A stretch of DNA of 64,000 bases from contig OZ024741.1 of assembly GCA_964016885.1 (NCBI GenBank), forward strand, positions 285,262,001 to 285,326,000, written 5' to 3'. Numbering within the stretch: the stretch's first letter is position 1; each line of letters starts with the position of its first letter. The position numbers and the translations under genes are program-made. Source of the stretch: Eledone cirrhosa (Eukaryota). The notes under the pieces are model-generated. The model did no database searches. It had not been told where the DNA came from and was given only the letters and a program-made list of their open reading frames with translations. This document shows, piece after piece, positions 41,121 through 54,346 of the stretch.

Positions 41121-42231
41121 TATGTATTGCATCGTTGTAGAACTGTACGGTCCGCCATTCTAATAACTGTGTCAACTTTCTGCCCTAATGGTAGCAATAG
41201 TTATGTACTATAGAACAACGTGTCTTTGGAACCCATGAGAACAAAATTCAAAAAATTTCTGCTCTCAATCTCAGAACTGTGCGCATGTATGCACACACGT
41301 GTGTGTGTATGTTTGTGTGTGTGTTTGTGTATGTGTGTTTGTGTGTTTATGTGTGTGCGCGTATGTGTGAGTGTGTTTGATGGGGTATATAAATAAATAA
41401 CTCACAATAACAGTGAAGAGTATTAATTTGAAATTCCCTTATCTTTAGTTATATATTTCCAATTCTCTTCAGATTTTCAGCTATAGATAACTCACTTAGC
41501 GAGCCTTCTCATTAGCTTTAACAAGAATAAAACACATCAGCTATCAAACAAGAAAAAGACGTAGAGACTTTGACCAAAACCACTTTGTAGCCAAAACCAC
41601 TTCGAGAAATTATCGTGTAGTATCATTGCCAATTTACTAATTGGAGTTGATTAAATTTCCAGTTGATTAATATACACAAGGTCACATCACATCTATGTCC
41701 AGTGAACTGAAGGCACTGAGCTGGTGGTCTTGCTTTCAAGAAATGAGACTATAATATTTGAGCCTTTGGCCCAAATATTTAATTTTGTATTTTAAATTTG
41801 TACCCCACATTTTTTTTACAAATGGAGAACCCTCACCATGCGTCCACTAAACAGAACAGCCAAATTTTTATAATAATCAAAATGATTAGTTTGAATTTTG
41901 AGAAGAGAGAAAGAAATTTTATTGGTCAGCTTATATATTTTATAGAGACTAGCAACACACAAACAAACCGATCCCTCAGATAAAAGAAAAATATGGCGTC
42001 TTAATCAGCCTTTTCCCCATTTTCCCACTTCCCTCTAAACAATTGCTCAGTTTTACTTAGATCCTACCTTAACCGCGCCATGCTTTGCAGCAAAGAGTTA
42101 CGGCCCTTTATGGTCTGAGTTCAAATCTCGCCGAGGTTAACTTTGCCTTTCATCCTTACGGGGTCGATAAAATAAAGTACCGGTAATACACTGCGATAAT
42201 TGCTTGCCTTGTGCCAAAAGTAGAAACAATT

Positions 42232-43085
42232 ATGACATTTTCCATGCGTCATTTTCACCGTGTTTCTCATACTGTACTCTGTTTAGTGCTCGTCAGTGCC
42301 ATTTCTTCTTCTACAAGTTGTGGATCAGCTCGGATGAGATTCCTAGTTTGTGTTATGTCTTCTGTCTGGATGTGTCGTATGACAACATTTATCTTTATTT
42401 TTTTTGTAGTTTCAATTATCATCCCCCTATCTACTCTTCTCATATTTATTGGGATTCTTTCTTCTGGGGCATTCATCAAATCCATAAGCCGTCTATGTAA
42501 CTCAAGTGACTCATCATCCAAGTGACTCCCTCCTCTTGCATCACCATTCTCATCCTCAGCCATATCAGGGCTCAATGAATAACATTCCTTTTCAGCAGCC
42601 CTAATATTCCCATTACATTCTCCCTGTACTTGCTCCCAATTTTTTTCTTTGCTTTCAACCGTAGAGACGGCGTCAGCCTCTGCCTAACATCCCTTTGTTC
42701 TTCATCTACAGGTTCCTTTAAGCGTTTACTAATCCGAGATATTTCTACATCAGTTAACCACCCCTCCTCCTAATCACCCTCACTTGATTGATTATTACTT
42801 TCAAACATCTCAAACATGCTATTTTCCATCAAAGGTCCACAGTATGTCGTTCTATTCCACGTCTACCTTCCATTTTTTATCTTTCTTGGCATTCAATCAG
42901 TGTAGCGTACTCTCCCTTCGTCTATTTGTGTCTCGCTGCGCGCACATACTGTATGTGAGCTGTTGCTTGGTAACGACTCTTCGGATCCAGATCACTTCTT
43001 CTGTTGCTGGGGGCTCCAAACATACCGGGCGAAGGACGCCTCTTTATAACCTGCTTTGCCATCGCCACCACTGCCATCATCAACA
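42232..43085 (-). mobile_element. Degenerate 5' part of an R4/Dong-like LINE
   Basis: Remnant RPSPG..DPKSRYQATA and ..IRHIQTEDITQTRNLI resemble the N-terminal organisation of the 46110 ORF. Confidence 0.5.
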
Positions 43086-43417
43086 TCATTATTATCAGGA
43101 CTACCTGAGGGCGGTGGATTGGCAGTATTGGTAGAGGGTCGGACGCCATGCTTTCCAGCATAGTTACGTCCCTTTACGATCTGAGTTCAAATCCCGCCGA
43201 GGTTGACTTTGCTTTTCATCCTTACGGGGTCGATAAAATAAAGTACCAGTAATGCACTGGGTAATTGCTGGCCTTGTGCCAAAAGTAGAAACAATTATTA
43301 TCATGACTACCGTTATCATCATCATCACTATCATTATCATCGTCACTGCCACCACCATCACTGTTACCACCACCACTATAGTTGTGGTCCCGTTGCTGTT
43401 GTGGTATTGTTAATTAC

Positions 43418-43917
43418 ACTAGCAGAAAAACCAGCCTTCGGGTTGTTTTCTGCTAGCATGTGTCGTGTGCATATTAATATTATACGCAAATATATATGCA
43501 TGTAGATATGCTCCGTCAAATAAAATCGTAATTGAGAATAAACATAGAAATTGAAGAGAGACTGTATTATAGTGTCTTCTGTAATCGGTAAAGTAATCCA
43601 TGATACATTTATAAAATACGATATTATATATAAACGTTATATAACGATGCAAATATATGAACGTTTATATAAGTGATATAATACAGAGTCCATTATATCA
43701 TGACCGGAAGTATTGACATTTGAAAATTTTAAAAGAAGTGAATCTTGAAATAAACAATAAAATTATTTATATTTAATCAAGAGTTACGAAATTTAGTACA
43801 TAAATTATGTAATATTCATCCATTATTTATTCAAATTAATCCAACTTATTTTACAAACGGGATAAAAAAATGTATTCACGACGCAGTCTCGCACTCCTCC
43901 CTTTATTATATTATGAT
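43418..43917 (+). mobile_element. Non-autonomous Helitron-like element (uninterrupted copy)
   Basis: ACTAGCAGAAAAAC..GTTTTCTGCTAG 5' hairpin; 3' block homologous to 2570-2777. Confidence 0.6.
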
Positions 43918-44179
43918 ATGGATAATTACAACAACAATAAGGCGATAGATTGGCAGTATTAGTTATGTCAGACAACATGCTTTGCGACATAGAGTTACGG
44001 CGCTTTACCTTCTGAGTTCAAATCCCGTAATGTTATATGAAGTTTGCAATACTTTCTACTTTAGACCAAAGGCCAGCAATTTAGGGGTTGTGTGTGGGGT
44101 GTGTGAGGGAAATCGATCATATCGACCCCATATGGTTTAGAGGGAAGTGGAAAAATGAGGAAAAAACTGATCAAGAAGC

Positions 44180-44790
44180 ACTAGATAAGACATATAAAAT
44201 ACGGAAGTAATAGAACTGCTAAAACAGAATTCTCAAGAAAAAAACAGAAGATAAGGAGATATGTAAATAGAAACAAACAGTTGGAGGAGAATGGATTATT
44301 CCATAATAATACAAAACAGTCCTTCCGAACTTTGGGAGGAAAAAATGGGAAGGAGAAGGGAACAATCCTTAATGTTGATAAGCCTAGGAGTTCTGGAATA
44401 TAATACAAAATAATACAATACGAATATTCCGAGTAAGGAGAATGAAAAAGAATCACCAAGTACTCTGAATTGGAAGTGGAGATCGCAAGACTATTTAGAA
44501 GAGATTAATGTGAAAATGATAATAGTTGTGATAGGAGCATTAGGGTCAATTCCATTGAAACTTCAAGACTTCTTGAAGCGACTGGGAATGCCATACACGT
44601 TAGGTGTCAATCAAAAGGCGGGTTTGCTAGGTATTGCGCACATTTTCAGGAAAGTATTATCTGTTTGAGGTTCTTGTTGTGACTTGACAGATGACTAAAT
44701 ACCCCGGTGCATTAGCTATCTGCACCCCGTGACAGAGCGATAATGATAACAAAAACAACAACCAATAACAACAACAACAATAATAATAAT
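44180..44790 (+). mobile_element. Deleted R4/Dong-clade LINE fragment with 3' end
   Basis: KYSELEVEIARL..VVIGALGSIP..LLGIAHIFRKVLSV*; (CAA)/(TAA) tail. Confidence 0.75.
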
Positions 44791-45929
44791 AATTGTTTCT
44801 ACTTTAGGCACAAGGCCAGCAATTACCCAGTGCATTACTGGTACTTTATTTTATCGACCCCGTAAGGATGAAAGGCAAAGTCAACCTCGGCGGGATTTGA
44901 ACTCAGATCGTAAAGGCACGTAACTCTATGCTGGAAAGCATGGCGTCCGACCCTCTACCGATACTGCCACTCCAATCCCCTCCTCTGTCTACGCTATATA
45001 GAACAGCCAAACAACACCAATCTCACCAACACCAGAAACTAGATACAACACCTATCCCATCACCTCTCTGTGTACACTAAACACAACAGCCAGATAACGG
45101 CAATTTCACCACCACCACTCACTACTGCCATCATTACCACCACTATCCCATCACCGCCGCCACCACTCCTTCATTGCTACCACCGCTACAACACCATCAC
45201 TACAGTAATACGATCACATCACCACCACCACTGCCTCGGTATCGACATCACCACCACCACTGTCTCAGTATCGATACCGCCGCTACTGTCTCCCACATCT
45301 CCCCGCTGGTTGCTGCCACCACATTATAGAATTACTATTATAGAATTACTATTATTATTGTCTCAAATTTAAAAAAAATGTTTAATTCCAATTTTACGGG
45401 AATATGTCAACACAAAATATAATAAAAATATATATTAAACATACGAACACAAACTCATAGATACTACATATCAGTAACCACAACGCCACCGCTGCCACCA
45501 CCCCACCCCATCCATCATTGCTACCACTATCCCATCGTCGCCGCCACCACTCCTTCAATGCTACCACCACTATTCCCCTGTTAACTTGAGAGAGAAAGGG
45601 GAAGGTGGCGGTATCACTAGACAAGGGAGAGGCTAGCAAAAGATATAAATAGATTGACTTAGTGACCTGGCCACCGGCCAAACGTCAACATCAACAACTA
45701 TGGGACTGCTGGCTCACCCCTTCCTCACCAACAATATAAAAAGCCCCGGCACCACCACCGACATAGCCAACAACAATAACAGCCAACTACAACAAAAAGT
45801 ATATTATATTATTGTAATGCACTGGGTGATTGCTGGCCTTGTGCCTGGAGTGGAGACAATTATTAATAATTTCATTCTTAAGCCACACAATGCTCACATT
45901 AAGGAACCACTCATGATAATAACAATTTA

Positions 45930-48900
45930 AAAAAAAAACAAAAAGAAAACCCCGTGACCAAGAAATACCGGGATGGCGGCCGGCGGGGAATAGCCGTGTC
46001 TCTAGGGGAGAACGACCCCTCTAGTCTTGGTTGACACTCGTTCTAGAAGTGGTAACACGAAATGATTACCCCTTGGCGGATAAGGATAAAACGCGACAAA
46101 ATAAAGTAAATGTCTAATGATAAAATCTCATACCAGATCGGCCGTCACCCGGGTAAAAAAGGGCCGCGTCCCTCAGAGAGGAACCAGACTGGGGTCGAAA
46201 AATCAGCTAATGGTTCAAACCTTCCCATCACTTCGGAGCTGGAGACCTCCCATAACCGGAATACTCCTACTGTTGGCCCTCCATGCTCACCACCAAGAAA
46301 TCCAAAGAAAAAGAGAGAAAAATGGTCAAAGGAAGATAATAAAGAAGTCCTTGAGGCTTTCTACACTGCCATGTACTACCCATCAAATACATCGAATACA
46401 GAATAGACATATATCAACTGGAAAAAGAAACATCCCGAAAACAGAGGCTATATTGACAGTAACAAACTAGCCAATATACGAAGAAATATTGTAAGAAAAA
46501 AGTTACTAACTGATATAGAAATTGATCAGATCAAGCTATTAGCACAAAGTCAGCGAAGGGAAAATGAAACATGTGTCAGTGAAAACGAGGTAAAGTGTAA
46601 CACTTCGAATCCCAGGGTTGAGGCGGAATCACTGGCAACAGAACAAATTAAAGAAAGGATCGAAAAAGTGGAGGGAGTGCATGCTCAGGATGAAACTCCA
46701 AATGAAAATAATGAGATCGTAAATGATAAAGAAATGAATGAGAATGAACTTGCCAACTTGAAGGATGAAATTATGATCGAATGGATGAAAATGAAAGAAT
46801 CTGACATGGGGCAACGAGACACCCTCCCTAAGATCCAGAACTCCAAACAGAACCAAAAGATAATACACAAGACTAACATAATTCTCAAAAACATTATCAT
46901 CACAAACAAACTAAACATTACTGATTTAAATCATCTCTATTATGCATCGGCTAAAGTCACCACTCACTTATGTGGAGTGAAGATGAAAAAACAAAGGAAT
47001 TCCCACAAGAAATCTACTTGGCAAGAGAACATCAATCGCCAAATAAACCTTCTCCGATCTGACATAGAAATTTTAACAAACTATAAAGTAGATGAACATG
47101 TTAAACAAACTAAACTTAGAAAATTGAAAAAAAAGTACAGTATAAAATCAACATGTGACATAGACATGCTGATAGAAATAATCAAGCAAAAGGTGTCGGC
47201 CAAAGCTGCTCGTATAAGGCGCTTTGAAAAACGATCTAGATTCTATAAGGACAATAATATGTTCAAAAACAACCAAAGAAACTTCTACAGAAAAATTGGT
47301 AAGTCAACAATAACTGCTAAATCAATACCACCCAAGGAGGAAGTGCAAGAATTCTGGGAAAAAATCTGGGCCGAAGAAAAAGTTCATAACATACATGCCC
47401 CATGGATAGACAGACAAATGAAAGATACAGCTCACCTTGAGGAACAAACATGGGAAAATATAACAGTTGAACAGTTGCGCTTGGCTCTAAGAAAAACCAG
47501 CAAATGGAAATCCCCAGGAAAAGACAAAATACAAAACTTTTGGATAAATGCCTTCACAGAGTCTCATGAGCTGTTAGCCCAACTTTACAATGAAATAGTT
47601 AAGGAGCCAGAAAAGATACCTTCATGGCTAGTTAACGGCATTACATTCCTGCTTCCGAAGAATGATGAGACAAACAATCCCAAAAATTACAGACCGATAA
47701 CTTGCTTGACCACAATGTATAAAATTTTAACATCAGTCCTAACTGAATACACATATGACCACCTGATAACAAATGACCTATTTCCCATTGAGCAGAAAGG
47801 GTGTAAACGAGGCTCATATGGCTGTAAGGATCAGCTTCTGGTTAACAAAATGATACTGGAAGATTGTCATAATAGACACAAAAATCTATCGATTGCTTGG
47901 ATAGATTATAAAAAAGCATTTGATAGTTTGCCACACAGTTGGATTGAAAAATGTTTAGAGATTTTCAAAATATCCCCCGTTGTCAGGAGGTTTTTGTCAT
48001 TCAGTATGAAGACATGGAAAACGACACTCCTTTTGAATAGTGAAACAAAATCACTGGAAGCTGGAGAAGTTAATATTAATTGTGGAATTTTTCAGGGTGA
48101 CTCTTTATCACCGCTTTTATTCTGCATCGCACTTATACCATTAAGTAAAATGCTCAATGAAACAAAACATGGATATAAAGTCTATGACAAAACCATTAAT
48201 CACCTGTTCTACATGGATGACCTGAAACTATTTGCAAAAAATGATGAACAATTGCAAGGGCTATTATCCACTGTGAAGCAGTTCAGTGATGACATTAAAA
48301 TGGAGTTTGGACTAGATAAATGCGCCAAAGCAACGTTCACCAGAGGAAAGCTGCTGAAGAGTTCAGACATTAATCTTGATCGGAGGAACGTGATAAGAGA
48401 ACTTGATCAAGAAAAAACTTACAAATATCTAGGTGTTTGTGAAGGAGACGGAATCAAGCACTCGACAATGAGGGAAAGGATAAGGAAGGAATGTTACCGC
48501 AGAGTAAGAGCAATCTTAAGAACGGAATTGAATGCAAGGAATAGGATCGATGCCATAAACACGCTTGCCATACCAGTAGTAACCTACAGTTACAATGTCA
48601 TCAACTGGTCAAGCACAGAGATCCGTAGGCTCGATACAAAAATTCGAAAATTCTTAACCATGCACAGAATGCATCACCCTAAGGCAGATATAGATAGAAT
48701 ATATCTCCCTAGGAAAGAAGGAGGACGTGGGTTAATCCAGTTAGACATTGCGTTGAAAACTGCAACAATTGGATTATCTACATATCTAAGGGAATCACAT
48801 GATTGGATGATCAAACTCGTTTTGAAACACGAAAGCATCAAAAGATCATATTCCATTACAAAAGATGCACAAAAATACAGTAATGGACTACAAATTTCAA

Positions 48901-49903
48901 AAGTCCCATTTACTGCTGAAATGGAAAACACAGAAAAAGCAAAGCAGGTAAAAGTAACTGCAAAGAAAGAACTGCTACAGAAACTGGCTAAGAAATGGCA
49001 AGAAAAGCCTCTGTATGGAAAATACCCAGAGCGAGCTAACAATCCTGATGTTGACAAAACTTTAACCCATCAGTGGTTGGCATCCTCTCGACTGAAATCG
49101 GAGACTGAAGGACTGATTATATCGGCACAAGATCAGTGTCTGCCAACAAAAAATTACCAAGCCAACATAATAAAAAATGGGTGCAGCCCATTATGCCGTG
49201 TATGCAAAAAACAACCAGAGACCATTGACCATATAATTTCAATGTGCAGTCCTATAGCTCCAACCGAATACCTAAACAGGCATGACAGAGCTGCACAATA
49301 CATACATTGGATAATGTGTAAGCATTTTGACCTGCCCCAAAAGAATTGGTGGGAGCATCAACCACCTCCCATACTTGAAAAAGATCACATCTCAATCTTG
49401 TGGAACTTTAGCATCCAAACAGACCGAAAAATAGATGCAAACAGACCTGATATAATATTGAAAGACTTTCAAAAGAGGGTATGCCTGCTAATTGATATGT
49501 CTGTTCCAATAGACAAGAATGTATCTATAAAAACATTTGAAAAATTGAGCAAGTATAAGGACCTGGAGATAGAAATTGGAAAAATGTGGAAATTGAGAAC
49601 TAAAACAATACCTGTGGTTGTAGGCGCTCTGGGAATGATACCTAAGGGGTCTAATGATTACTTATCGCAAATCCCAGGAAACCCGCGTATAGGAGAAATA
49701 CAAAAGATAGTACTAATGGGAACTGCCCATATACTAAGGAAGATTCTGTCAATATAAGTACATCACTAGTCTAAACACTAAAGATGCATGTGTGAATATG
49801 TATGTTCTTTCTTGAACATGGCGGACCTTGTTGTCTCTTGAGGTCACTGGTTGTGACTTGGTGATAACTCGTATGAACATAAAGCAAGATAAATGCAACT
49901 TCT
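45930..49903 (+). mobile_element. Full-length R4/Dong-clade non-LTR retrotransposon (RT and restriction-like endonuclease), followed by (TAA)n
   Basis: Structured 5' UTR, a single long ORF and a 3' UTR, then TAATAATAATAATAATAA. Confidence 0.93.
46110..49757 (+). CDS. R4/Dong ORF (1215 codons) with one in-frame TAG at 46404-46406
   Basis: The 46110 ATG is in frame with the 46668 ORF and I found no other stop. Motifs: NYRPITCL, WIDYKKAFDS, GIFQGDSLSP, YMDDLKL, CRVC..ETIDHIISMC, RHD, RPDII, K..KY. Confidence 0.9.
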
Positions 49904-50145
49904 AATAATAATAATAATAATTGTTTCTACTTTTTGGCACACAGACAGCAATTAACCAATGCATTACTGGTACTTTATTTTATCAACCCCGTAAGGATGA
50001 AAGGCGGGACTTTCATCCTTACGGATGTAGGATGATAATAATAATAATTGTTTCTACTTTTGGCACAAGGCCAGCAATTACCCAGTGCATTACTGGTACT
50101 TTATTTTATCGACCCCGTAAGGATGATAATAATAATAATAATAAT

Positions 50146-50408
50146 GCATTCTTTATTGGCCACAAGGGCTAACACGAAGAAAAACATTACAGACGGCAAA
50201 GAACGGTACAGGATGATACAAAGTGGGTTTTGGCCGTGTAAAAAGGTTATAACAAGATAGAAATATGTAAAAACAAATCATAAATATTCAAACAACAAAA
50301 TATCCCTAATAGCGGGGAAACCTCCGAGGGTCACTCATGGCGAAAACCACACAAAAGACCACGGCCACCCTGACCACCAGGAGTTCTCCCACTCTTCTTT
50401 CTACAGGA
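50146..50408 (-). mobile_element. Tx1 3' UTR-only fragment of the element-1 subfamily, ending at (ATT)n
   Basis: Shares CCCTGACCACCA and TTCTTTATT..CCACAAGGG blocks with 21721-21985. Confidence 0.8.
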
Positions 50409-50589
50409 ATATGAAGGAAAAAAAATCAATATTAAGAGGATATCATAAGACAGATGCGAATATCGAGTTTGCGTTGAGGAATAATTGATGTGAGAAACAA
50501 CTGATAAATAGGAGATTTTGAACTAATGATTGGTAATTAATTGATCACTTTACAAGTGTAACTGAAGGTCAAGGTAGCTAAACGGACAT

Positions 50590-51430
50590 CATCATTATCA
50601 GCAACAGAATCAACAACAACTATAGCAACTACAATATCAACAGCAGAAAAATCAACAACAGCAACAGCAACAACATAAACAACACCACCAGTAACAACAA
50701 CAAAAACAAAAACAACTACAGCAGCGAAAATATCAGCAGCAGCATAAAAATCAACAGCAACAGTAACAACAACAACAACAACAAAAACAACACCTGCAGC
50801 AGCGACAATATCAACAACAACAGCAACAACAGCGACAAGAACAACAACACCACCACCACCAACAGAAACAACAACAACTATAGCAGCCACAATATCAACA
50901 GCAGAAAAATCAACAACAACAACAAGAACAACAACACCGGCAACAACAACAACAAAAACACCTACAGAAGCGACAATATCAACAACAGCAGAATCAACAT
51001 CAACAACAGCAACAAGAACAACAACAACAACACCACCACCACCACCACCACCACCAACAACAACAACAGAAACAACAACAACTATAGCAGCCACAATATC
51101 AACAGCTGAAAAATAAACAACAACAACAACAACAGCAACAACAACAACAACACCACCACCACCAACAGCAAAAACAACAACTACAGCAGCGAAAATATCA
51201 ACAGCAGCATAACAATCAACAGCAACAAGAACAACAACACCAGCAGCAACAACAAAAAACGACAATAACAACTACAGCAGCGACAATATCAACAGCAATA
51301 ACAACAGCAACAGCAGTAACTACATGAACAAAAACAATATCAACAATAACAGCTACAACCACATCAACAACAACAACAACAGCAACAACATTAACATCAA
51401 CAACAACAGCAACAACAGCAGCTGCAGCAG
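50590..51430. repeat. (CAA)/(CAG)-rich low-complexity minisatellite
   Basis: Recurrent ACAATATCAACAGCAG units; gives a spurious poly-Val ORF. Confidence 0.9.
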
Positions 51431-51519
51431 CAGGAATAGAAGGACTAAACATTTTAAGTGATTTTTTGGGGTATATTTCGATTTTTTGAATTTTATATAA
51501 ATTAACTGAAACTAAATTT

Positions 51520-52262
51520 TCATGTGACGCTAAGTTCCACCAGTTGCAGTCTGCGCATCAACATGAGATATTTTTCTCCACAAAGTTCGATCACCATCAG
51601 CAGAGTTTAAAGAGCAAAGATCAAATCCAGTCCATAAGTTGACATTATCAAGCCATCGTTTTGGCTGCTGGCCTCTGCTTCTCTTACCAGCCAACCTTCC
51701 TTCCAGGCATAACCTACTCACACCACAAGCTGATCTTTTTATATGACCGTATAGTTTGAGTACTCTTGACTTGACAATTGATGTTATTGGTCTTAGTTTG
51801 GTAACGTAGAGCAGCTCACTGATACAGATACGGTCGCTGAGCCCCTTGCCAGTCATAAGTCTCATAATGTGGTTCTGGAATGTAGAGAGCTTCTGAAGTG
51901 ACCTTGTCTTCCAATTAACACAGTCAAGACCATATAACACAACTGGTTGGATATATCAAAACAGACTTGACTTGGGAACTACACGCTATATAGACATCTT
52001 GAAGGGAGTTAAGCAGGGGCGATGTACTATCAGCACTTCTTTTCTGTATAGTTATAGCTGCACTTATCTACCAAACTGAAGAAGAATGCTCCTCTGGCTA
52101 TCAAATAGGAGGTAAAATCCTATCAAATATTAGCTATGCAGACGATCTGGCCATCATGAGTTACTCTAGAACTGATCTGCAAGACTTTCTGAATGTACTG
52201 GCCAAACATTCGCTGGGAGCTGGCTTATACATCAACATCTCCCAAACAAAGTATATGAAACT
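51520..52262. mobile_element. RTE-like LINE with 5' inversion
   Basis: 3' end on the - strand (LYGLDC..LKLYGHIKR..GKRSRG..RWLDNV); RT core on the + strand (GVKQG..ISYADDLAI..LYINISQTKYM); junction near 51950. Confidence 0.75.
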
Positions 52263-54048
52263 AAATACAAAAGAAAAAAGAAAAGAAAACAAACACAAAA
52301 GTCACATGCCCGAGCCTGTGCCTCGTGGAGCAACTTTCTGCGAGCACATCCATGTGGTCTATTGTTATTATATGATATATTATTAGAAGAAAAAAAAAAA
52401 AACAAAAAAAAACCATAAATTGACTATGGAATGGAGGGCGAACCACCGGTTACGACGACGATTGTTCAAGTTAATCCAATCAACGGAACAGCCTGCTCAA
52501 GAAATTAACGTGAAAGTGGCTGAGCATTCCACAAACACGCGTATCCTTATCGTAGTTCTCAGGGAGATTCGGCGTGACACAGAATGTTGGTCCTTCGATT
52601 TACAGGTAGAACTCATTTTTGAGTGCTGAGTGGACTGGAGCCACTTGAAATAAAGTGTCCTGCTCAAAGGCACAACGTGTCGGCGGGAATCGAAATCACG
52701 ACCTTACGATCGTGAGCCGAATTCCTAACCACAAAGCCACACGCCTTCACAACTTAACTATATATACATAATAAACTAAGTGTTCCGACTGTAGAAAATG
52801 AATGACTGTAATTCATTTATCTAAGAAAAATAAACGTAAATTGAATAGAATATTGATTTCTAATTTAGACACAAGCTCAACAATTTTATTTTGAGAAGGA
52901 GAAAGTTTATTAAATTAATCACAGTACTTACCTGGTACATTATTTTGTCAATGTTGGAAGGATGAACGGCAAGTTTGACCTCGATGAGATTTGAACGTTG
53001 AGAGTCAGCTCAAATATGTCATTTTATCCGACGATCTACCAATATCGTCATACCACCCCCTTCGAAAATTGAATGAAATATATGAATTTGGGTATTTTGT
53101 TTGCTGTTATAGTTATGCAGTTCTCAATAACTCACTTAATATATAGCTTTTAGTTACGACCCTTTACGTTCTGAGTTCCAATTCTGCTAACGTCATCTCT
53201 GCCTTTCATCCATCCGAGGTCAATAAAATGAAATACCAGTGAAATACTAGTGTCGATTTAATGGACTTTCCTTGCCTCCCAAATTGCTAGACTTGTGCTT
53301 ATTTTGAAACAATATTACACTTAATATATATATTTGAAACTCAAATGTTTTACGTCAGAATACAGCTTTTCTATAGTTTAAAAGTTAGTAACGAATCGAA
53401 GATAATATATATCGTTGTTATTGAGTTTTCTGACTTGTAACACATTTGCTAGGATTCGAATCCTTTTGATAAGTGAAGCAAAATATCGGTTGCTGCTGGT
53501 TCTCCGAGAATAAAATGCAGAACAATGTCTATTTTAGCAAGATAAACCTACTCATTGGGTATTACAATAGACCATAAATCACGTCTGATAGGACCAAAGA
53601 GTCGCTTATTCAGTAGATCATTACGATAGGAATAGGTTTATTGTGATGAAGAACAATAACTGCCTCTTAATATGATATCCTGAAACGCTAAGATAACGAT
53701 TGCATTGCGCTGGTAAAACGTTGAACAGCATGTTCCATTTAACATTTGGATCGATCTAAAAGGACATGAATTTACTATTGTAATAATAAATCCTTTGTGG
53801 GAGTCTTTATAGAATCAGATGTCAACTAGATTTCTGGTGTCTAACAGCCTCACTCTCTGTTTCAATTTCCTTCCAGAGCTATTTAAATTTTCAGTCAACA
53901 AAAGAAATTTGACTTACTACAAATAACAGGCAAAACTCTCTTATCGATAATATAAGTATTAGACTTATGAAATAAGTTATGACCGATTTGATCAAGTTGG
54001 TACCCAACAGGTTCGCAGTGACTGATAGTGACCGAAAGTATGAAAGAA

Positions 54049-54148
<100 letters not shown>

Positions 54149-54346
54149 ATCTAGCTGTCGTCTGTTCTACAGTGTGGATGTCATTCACTTCGCGCAGAAG
54201 TTTTGTTCAAATTTATTGCGGAAATTTTGTGAGTTCAAATTTAATTTTGATACGATTGTGTAGCTTGACCCCCCGTCTGAACTGTCAGGCGGTGGGTCAG
54301 CTCATCTTTACCCCTCCTAGAGGTGAAAAACCTGTTTTAAAAAATT

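Noticed and set aside
43106-43200. tRNA genes
   Set aside because: The A/B-box regions are SINE heads fused to SINE cores, with no complete cloverleaf.
50537-51271. 244-aa Val-rich ORF resembling a membrane protein
   Set aside because: It is the antisense reading of a (CAA)n low-complexity tract.
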